Assembly: GCA_964452145.1 (NCBI GenBank)
Contig: CAYVLA010000098.1
Span: 1 to 12,104 of the forward strand
Direction: 5' to 3'
Origin: Candidatus Hadarchaeota archaeon
Lineage (GTDB): Archaea > CAYQAE01 > CAYVLA01
DNA length: 12,104 nucleotides
Part shown: positions 7,973-12,104 of the stretch, in pieces
How positions within the stretch are numbered: position 1 is the stretch's first letter
Layout of the letters: every line of letters starts with the position of its first letter
Program-made: the position numbers and the translations under genes
The notes under the pieces: model-generated
What the model was told of the DNA's origin: nothing
What the model saw: the letters and a program-made list of their open reading frames with translations, nothing else
The model's database searches: none

Positions 7973-8045
7973 CTGACAACGCCTTCGGAGGATCGCTAGG
8001 TGAAGAGAGTAGTGAGGTGGTAGACAGGGACAATCTCTTGCCGGG

Positions 8046-8239
8046 CGTGCTGGTAGAGGATATTCCCGTACTGGGTCACGCACGGTGAAGCTCTTTTCCT
8101 TTTGATTAACAGTCAGGGTATCCAGGCCGTTGCCGCCGTCCACGTAGGCATTGTGCTGGCCAGAACAAACATCGTATGTGATAGTGTCCGCGCTAGGTCC
8201 TCCCCCAATTCCGACGACGTCGTCACCATGGCCGGCATC
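8046..8239 (-). pseudogene. Internal remnant of RTX-like (glycine/aspartate-repeat) protein gene, copy A
   Basis: DAGHGDDVVGIGGGPSADTITYDVCSGQHNAYVDGGNGLDTLTVNQKEKSFTVRD, then after a 1-nt shift QYGNILYQH. Aligns to 11019-11456 (29/55 identical by hand); no start or natural end. Confidence 0.75.
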
Positions 8240-8342
8240 AGTGAAAGCAACCTGCTCGAGCAGGACGCCTTCAAGATCGGCGAGTTGGTGAAGAAAGGCG
8301 TGGCCAAAAGATACAGTGAGATTGAGGGGGGCCACGGCTTGA
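8240..8342 (+). pseudogene. C-terminal remnant of archaeal VapB-like antitoxin
   Basis: ESNLLEQDAFKIGELVKKGVAKRY resembles the SKLTEEDA.ELG.KIKKGIA.R tail of archaeal antitoxins found upstream of PIN genes; N-terminal DNA-binding part missing; lies directly before the PIN gene. Confidence 0.6.
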
Positions 8343-8680
8343 GACTCGTTGTGGACACGAACGTCCGCCTCAAAGCCCTTATCGGGGATTCAAAGGTTCG
8401 TGCGATCCTCCTGAGCCCCAGCCATCAATTCGCTGTTCCAGAGTATGCGATCGAAGAGGTTGAGGGTCACCTCTCGCTGATCGTGGAGAGGTCAGGTCTC
8501 TGGGAAGGAGAGGTCAGACTGGTTTTGAGCGTGTTTCTAACCAACATCCAAGTCATGCCGAAGGAGGATGTTATGGCCAAGTGGAGCGAAGCCGAGGAGA
8601 TCATGGGGTCGATCGACAGAGGCGACACTCCCTGCATAGCTTCTTCAATGGGCGCAGCATGCGATGGAAACTGGAGCGAC
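8339..8680 (+). pseudogene. vapC: Decayed, 3'-truncated VapC (PIN-domain) toxin
   Basis: TTG 8339 after GAGGGGGG; LRLVVDTNV..., PEYAIEEV, IDRGDTP, CDGNWSD. Similarity stops right after WSD (the usual following D..F is missing) and the frame runs into the next promoter. Disruptive substitutions (VRLKAL, PCIASSM, GNWSD). Confidence 0.78.
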
Positions 8681-8698
8681 GCGCGCGTGGACATGATG

Positions 8699-8729
8699 TT
8701 TTTATATTTTGGTTACCAAATAGGTAACT
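8699..8729 (+). promoter_or_regulatory. TATA box plus palindromic operator of the wHTH-NTase operon (probably leaderless)
   Basis: TTTTTATA (8699-8706) ~24 nt before ATG 8730 with no SD. Between them lie TTTGGT-T-ACCAAA (8708-8720) and the inverted repeat GTTACC-N5-GGTAAC (8712-8728). Confidence 0.75.
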
Positions 8730-9380
8730 ATGTCTGAGCCGATTCCAGGCTACGCACAGCGCGCCTATGCGATCTTGTACAATCGGTTCGCGGGGCGCCC
8801 CTTCGGCCCAGAACATCTGTCCTGGTTTTTGTCCGATGGCATGGTCAAGAAGACCCTGCATGTTTTGGAGAAGGGGAACTGGGTAAGAAGGGTGAGGAAG
8901 GGCAGCTATGTCTGCATCAGCCCGGAAGATGTGTTCAGGGACATGGTCCAACTTAAGGTGCCGAGGCTGTTGGAAGAGGCCAAGAAGAGATACGCATATA
9001 CGCGTGCGAGCGCGGTCGAGGTCTGGACGGACTACAGCTACATCCAGAGGAGCTGGGAGCACTCGCCCTACTTCGTTAAGGTGCTAAGGGACGATGTGGA
9101 GTTCTGGGTGCGGTATCTCAGAAGACACAAGATAGACGTGTTCGTGGAGGATGCGGAGCCCGCCATCGGAGAGTTCGTGGTCTTGTTCCCCCAAGGGCAG
9201 TTGGTGCACGGAGTGCACAACGGGGAGCCCGTGGAAGATCTGAACGATGTGTCGCGGTTTTGTGAAGAGAATATCGAGGTCTTCGAGTATCCCCTGGCGT
9301 ATCTAAAGAGCAAGTTTGGGGTCGAGACTACAGGGAAGATCGACGAGCGGGTCCTGGATGAGGTGGCGAAGGTGGTTTAG
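8730..9380 (+). CDS. AbiEi/MenA-like antitoxin: N-terminal winged-helix regulator plus C-terminal domain
   Basis: KKTLHVLEKGNWVRRVRKGSY resembles the L..L...GW..R...G.Y wHTH wing of AbiEi-type proteins; AYTRASAVEVW resembles their S..SAL motif. Translationally coupled (TAG/GTG overlap at 9380) to an NTase. Confidence 0.65.
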   Translation: MSEPIPGYAQRAYAILYNRFAGRPFGPEHLSWFLSDGMVKKTLHVLEKGNWVRRVRKGSYVCISPEDVFRDMVQLKVPRLLEEAKKRYAYTRASAVEVWTDYSYIQRSWEHSPYFVKVLRDDVEFWVRYLRRHKIDVFVEDAEPAIGEFVVLFPQGQLVHGVHNGEPVEDLNDVSRFCEENIEVFEYPLAYLKSKFGVETTGKIDERVLDEVAKVV

Positions 9381-10051
9381 TGCTGGAGTCGAGGGAGGCC
9401 GTGATATTCGAGGCCCTGAGGGAAATGACCGGGGGAGTTGTTCTGATAGGGGGATACGCCGTCAACGCCTACGTGCCCCCTAGATTCTCCATCGACTGCG
9501 ACCTGGTTGTTCTAGATCAGCTTGACCGGATAAAGGGGGTGCTGATCGAGAAGGGATTTGATGAGATCGAAAGGGGGGAGGTGCCGAAAGGTGAGTACGT
9601 CAGGTTCCTACGAAGAAGGGAGAAGGTGACCTTCGACCTGCTGATCAACTCGGTATTCGACAGGGAAACGGGGATAGCCTTCGAGGGCGCCCTTTTCAGT
9701 AAGTATTCAAAGGAGAGGGTCACCGTCGGCAGAGTCAGTCCAGTAGGAATAAGCATGAGAATCGCCGACCCCGAACTGCTGTTCGCGATGAAATTCGTAT
9801 CCGCTAGAAGACAGGATGTCCGTGATGTATTCATGCTCTCTGGAATCGAATTGGACTGGGGTCTGATCAGGGAAATCATTAAGACAAAATGTGGAAGAGA
9901 GCTGATAGAGAGAAGGATTGGAATCATAAGATCTATCGTAATGAGCATGAGTTATAGGAACAGTCTACAGGGGTCATACGGGAAGATCCCTGACAAAACA
10001 TTCAACAACTGCATCCAAAACCTGGTGAAGTTCCTAGATGGATTGATGTAG
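9380..10051 (+). CDS. Pol-beta-superfamily nucleotidyltransferase, AbiEii/MenT-like toxin
   Basis: VVLIGGYAVNAY, PRFSIDCDLVV (R-x-S-x-D-x-D) and LFAMK...ARRQDVRDV (K...R..D..D) motifs; GAAGGTGG SD upstream; intact ORF. Confidence 0.8.
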   Translation: MLESREAVIFEALREMTGGVVLIGGYAVNAYVPPRFSIDCDLVVLDQLDRIKGVLIEKGFDEIERGEVPKGEYVRFLRRREKVTFDLLINSVFDRETGIAFEGALFSKYSKERVTVGRVSPVGISMRIADPELLFAMKFVSARRQDVRDVFMLSGIELDWGLIREIIKTKCGRELIERRIGIIRSIVMSMSYRNSLQGSYGKIPDKTFNNCIQNLVKFLDGLM

Positions 10052-10086
10052 AGAGGGAGAAGAAGAAGGGGTGCGAGTTCTCGCAT

Positions 10087-10239
10087 CATGCACGGCTCAC
10101 GGCCAGGTTGGCGCGGAGGGGGGATGGGATCATCTCCAGGGATGCCTGTCCAGGGGCCTTTGAGAGAATGGTGGAGCAGGGGTTCCGGGTCAGCCCGGAG
10201 GTGGCATGCATCTTCTACAGGAGACTCGAGGAGATGGCC
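10087..10239 (+). pseudogene. C-terminal fragment of DUF3368-like PIN-family protein
   Basis: HARLTARL ... GIISRDACPGAFERMVEQGFRVSPEVACIFYRRLEEM resembles the AR..A..L ... GII ... L...GFRIS..... tail of DUF3368 proteins, with the intervening G...GTLG segment apparently deleted; N-terminal PIN part absent. Confidence 0.55.
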
Positions 10240-10257
10240 TCGCCTGTAGGCCTTGCC

Positions 10258-10536
10258 TGCACCATCGCCGAGGCGCCCAGCGCGGGCTGGAACCTTACCG
10301 AGATCTTCTGCGATGGTTCGGGCAACTGGACAATGGACCTTGCCCAGGCAAGGGTTACCGTCACTCTCGCATCTTCCCAGGATTTCGTTTACTGCAGGTT
10401 CACCAATCGTAGGGTGGAGCAGCCCGTGGGTGAGGGGGGTCTTCTGGGTTTGTGTTGGGCCGGGTTGGTTCTGGCTGTAGTTGTCATGGCAGCTTTCCAG
10501 CCCAGATCTGGCGGGAAGGCAACGGCAAGACCATAA
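10258..10536 (+). pseudogene. C-terminal fragment of a cell-surface protein (Cys-bridged beta-sandwich, prealbumin/SpaA-like, plus TM anchor)
   Basis: TIAE..SAGWNLTEIFC...VTVTL.....VYCRFTN pattern (GW.L..I.C ... V.C.FTN), then PVG and a hydrophobic stretch followed by basic residues; no signal peptide or own start. Confidence 0.6.
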
Positions 10537-10700
10537 CTTTCGTGGGTTGAACCTAGAGAAGGTTCGGTGTCTGCGGCACTCATGCGACTAACCATGGTTG
10601 TCTGCGGCGGATTCCGGGGGTGGTGAGCATCGGCAATAGCTCAGGAAACCCAACTCGGGCAAGATCGACAGCCGCGTTCCGCTGATGTTGAATCATAGGT

Positions 10701-10937
10701 GTGGCCATTGAGCGCCTCCGCAAGGAGATCGTCCGGCTTCGGAGAGAGGTGGAGTTGATCAGGCACATCTTGGAAGAGGACTACGATCTGGACGAGAAGA
10801 CGAGGAGAGCATTGGAGGAAGCTAGGAAGATGCCTGAGTCGGAGTATGTGGATATCGATGAGGTATGGGTCAGGCTGCACTCCAGATTCGTCTTAAGTCG
10901 CCCACCGATACATTCCATACATCATCGCCGATGTTGA
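10701..10937 (+). CDS. Small archaeal antitoxin (RelB-like partner), stop lost and read through into a toxin remnant
   Basis: MAIERLRKEIVRLRREVELIRHILEEDYDLDEKTRRALEEARKMPESEYVDIDEV: coiled coil plus acidic tail typical of archaeal antitoxins upstream of RelE. Natural end predicted at ~10868. Confidence 0.62.
   Translation: MAIERLRKEIVRLRREVELIRHILEEDYDLDEKTRRALEEARKMPESEYVDIDEVWVRLHSRFVLSRPPIHSIHHRRC
10858..10896 (+). pseudogene. N-terminal remnant of RelE/ParE-like toxin
   Basis: ATG 10858 overlaps the antitoxin end. Restoring one A in TATG(A)GGTC gives MRYEVRLHSRF, a RelE-like first strand, and simultaneously a TGA stop for the antitoxin. Nothing RelE-like follows ~10895. Confidence 0.5.
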
Positions 10938-11018
10938 GGTTGCGCCGAGTTGCTGGAACGGTAGGTGTCCAGGGGGGGTCAGGGTGATTGGGTCTGGCCC
11001 AAGGTTGGGTTGGCCCGA

Positions 11019-11456
11019 TTATGGCTTGGACCACCGGAAGGCCACCTCCCAGCTGCCATCGGGGTATGTCTTGATGACCGTGATGTGCTCGATGTCCGCC
11101 ACCGTGATGGTTGTGAGTCCGCCGTCCCCATGCGTATAGATGGACCTGCCTTCCCTGTCGAGCATGGTGAAGTTGATGTCTCCCGCATAGACTGTCAGGT
11201 TGTCCTCCCCGCTGCCGCCATCTATGTACCCAATGTCCAGGCCGCCGCCCCAAGTATCGTACGTGATGGTGTCCATTCCAGGTCCCGCCTCGATTCTGAC
11301 GACGTCATCACCATCGCCAGCAGCAACCTTCAGCCTGTCATCTCCATCTCCGCCCCTTTGGGTGATGCGGTCACTTCCCCAGGCACCATCTGCGGTTAGA
11401 TGGTCGTTGCCCTTGCCCCCGTTCTGGGTGATAGCATCGTTGCCGTCATCACCGTA
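11019..11456 (-). pseudogene. 5'-truncated RTX-like (hemolysin-type Ca-binding-like) repeat protein gene, copy B
   Basis: Open frame from 11456 reads YGDDGNDAITQNGGKGNDHLTADGAWGSDRITQRGGDGDDRLKVAAGDGDDVVRIEAGPGMDTITYD...GGSGEDNLTV...ITVADIEHITV...WSKP*. In-frame stop ~30 nt upstream inside the propeller gene, and no start before the internal ATG 11276. Confidence 0.8.
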
Positions 11457-12104
11457 TGAACCGGAGGTCGGCTGACGCGTACCTGATCAGGTGGGTGTTG
11501 CTTCCGAAGTACAATCCTGTCCGGTTGAGGGCGAATCCGGCCGTGATCGGTCCGGGATATGCGTCCAGAAGCACAACCTCCCAGGCGAGGGGATCGAGTC
11601 TGAAGACCCGGGACCCGGCTATCCCGTAGACCGATTGCCCTTGAGACTGAAGGGACAGATCCGGCACCCGTGCGGGGAGGGGTTGCATCACCGTGAGACG
11701 ATCCGCATCTACATCAAACCTGAGCAGCCTGTTGGATGGAGTGGAGACCGCGATCACCGAGTTCCCGAAGATGGTCATGGCGACCACCGCGGAGTCGCCT
11801 TGAACGGGAACCATGTCGAGAGCCTTCTCCTTGCGTTTCGGATCCCACGCGAAGAGGTGTGCGTCCCTCCCCACGGGCCTGGTCCCGCCGCCCCCGGCGA
11901 TCGAGCTTCCCCCGAAGACCAAGCCGCTCTTCGGTTCATACGCAAGGCTGACTATGCTTTGACTGGCAATGATATTGCGGTAGTTCTCGCGAAAAGCATC
12001 CAGCGCAGGATCGTATACGGCCATTGCCCCGCCGTGCTCTCCGTAGGGTGGGTGGCTCCCGATGTAGAGGCAGTCATCGGGCCCCACGACCATGGCTCTG
12101 GGCC
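11449..12104 (-). CDS. Beta-propeller (WD40/PQQ-like) protein, 5'-partial
   Basis: Blade-like repeats GPDDCLYIG, MAVYDP, SGLVFGG, LFAWDP, LLRFDV, VYGIAGSRVFRLDP, GLYFGSNTHLIRY; frame open to window edge (PRAMVVGPD). Confidence 0.78.
   Translation of the reverse strand, partial: PRAMVVGPDDCLYIGSHPPYGEHGGAMAVYDPALDAFRENYRNIIASQSIVSLAYEPKSGLVFGGSSIAGGGGTRPVGRDAHLFAWDPKRKEKALDMVPVQGDSAVVAMTIFGNSVIAVSTPSNRLLRFDVDADRLTVMQPLPARVPDLSLQSQGQSVYGIAGSRVFRLDPLAWEVVLLDAYPGPITAGFALNRTGLYFGSNTHLIRYASADLRFIR

Noticed and set aside
7040..8335. 431-aa ORF-track call as one RTX-prenyltransferase fusion gene
   Set aside because: Its start lies antisense to the vapB remnant, RTX homology leaves this frame at ~8073, the linker is non-protein-like, and the QW-repeat protein has its own family-typical start at 7972.
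8102..8737. 211-aa ORF as an intact PIN protein
   Set aside because: Composite of antisense RTX remnant, antitoxin tail, truncated PIN domain and read-through across the next promoter.
10537..10700. Possible small RNA or gene between the surface-protein fragment and the antitoxin (TCTGCGGC twice, AACCATGGTT palindrome)
   Set aside because: No convincing ORF, tRNA fold or extended stem; the short repeats are compatible with chance.
8046..11456. Integron cassette array, IS element or diversity-generating retroelement as explanation for the mosaic
   Set aside because: No repeated attC-like sites, terminal inverted repeats, target duplications, integrase, transposase or reverse transcriptase seen; the two RTX copies differ at all base types, not only adenines.
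1..12104. CRISPR array, tRNA or rRNA
   Set aside because: No regularly spaced 25-40 nt repeats or recognisable structural RNA signatures found by eye.

Overview
Archaeal DNA (archaeal-type triosephosphate isomerase, TATA boxes, GAGG(TG)/GGGGG Shine-Dalgarno motifs; lineage cannot be fixed from sequence alone, though the gene mix is reminiscent of Bathyarchaeia-like genomes). The left ~8 kb is a GC-rich metabolic region: a partial, active-site-divergent TpiA (missed by the ORF track), an FHS-like MFS transporter, a LarA-family nickel-pincer enzyme with atypical specificity residues, a glycerophosphodiester phosphodiesterase, a carbon-nitrogen hydrolase, a URO-D/MtaA-fold protein, a secreted hypothetical protein and a QW-repeat prenyltransferase-like gene frameshifted in a C7 run. 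The ~8.05-11.46 kb segment is a mosaic. Two paralogous minus-strand remnants of an RTX-like gene with 11-residue repeats bracket a plus-strand run of toxin-antitoxin material: decayed vapBC, an intact and apparently autoregulated wHTH + nucleotidyltransferase (AbiE/MenAT-like) pair, a DUF3368-like PIN fragment fused to a surface-protein tail, and a decayed relBE-like pair. Both decayed pairs show a single-base indel that removes the antitoxin stop. The window ends in a partial beta-propeller gene. No rRNA, tRNA, CRISPR array or transposase was recognised.
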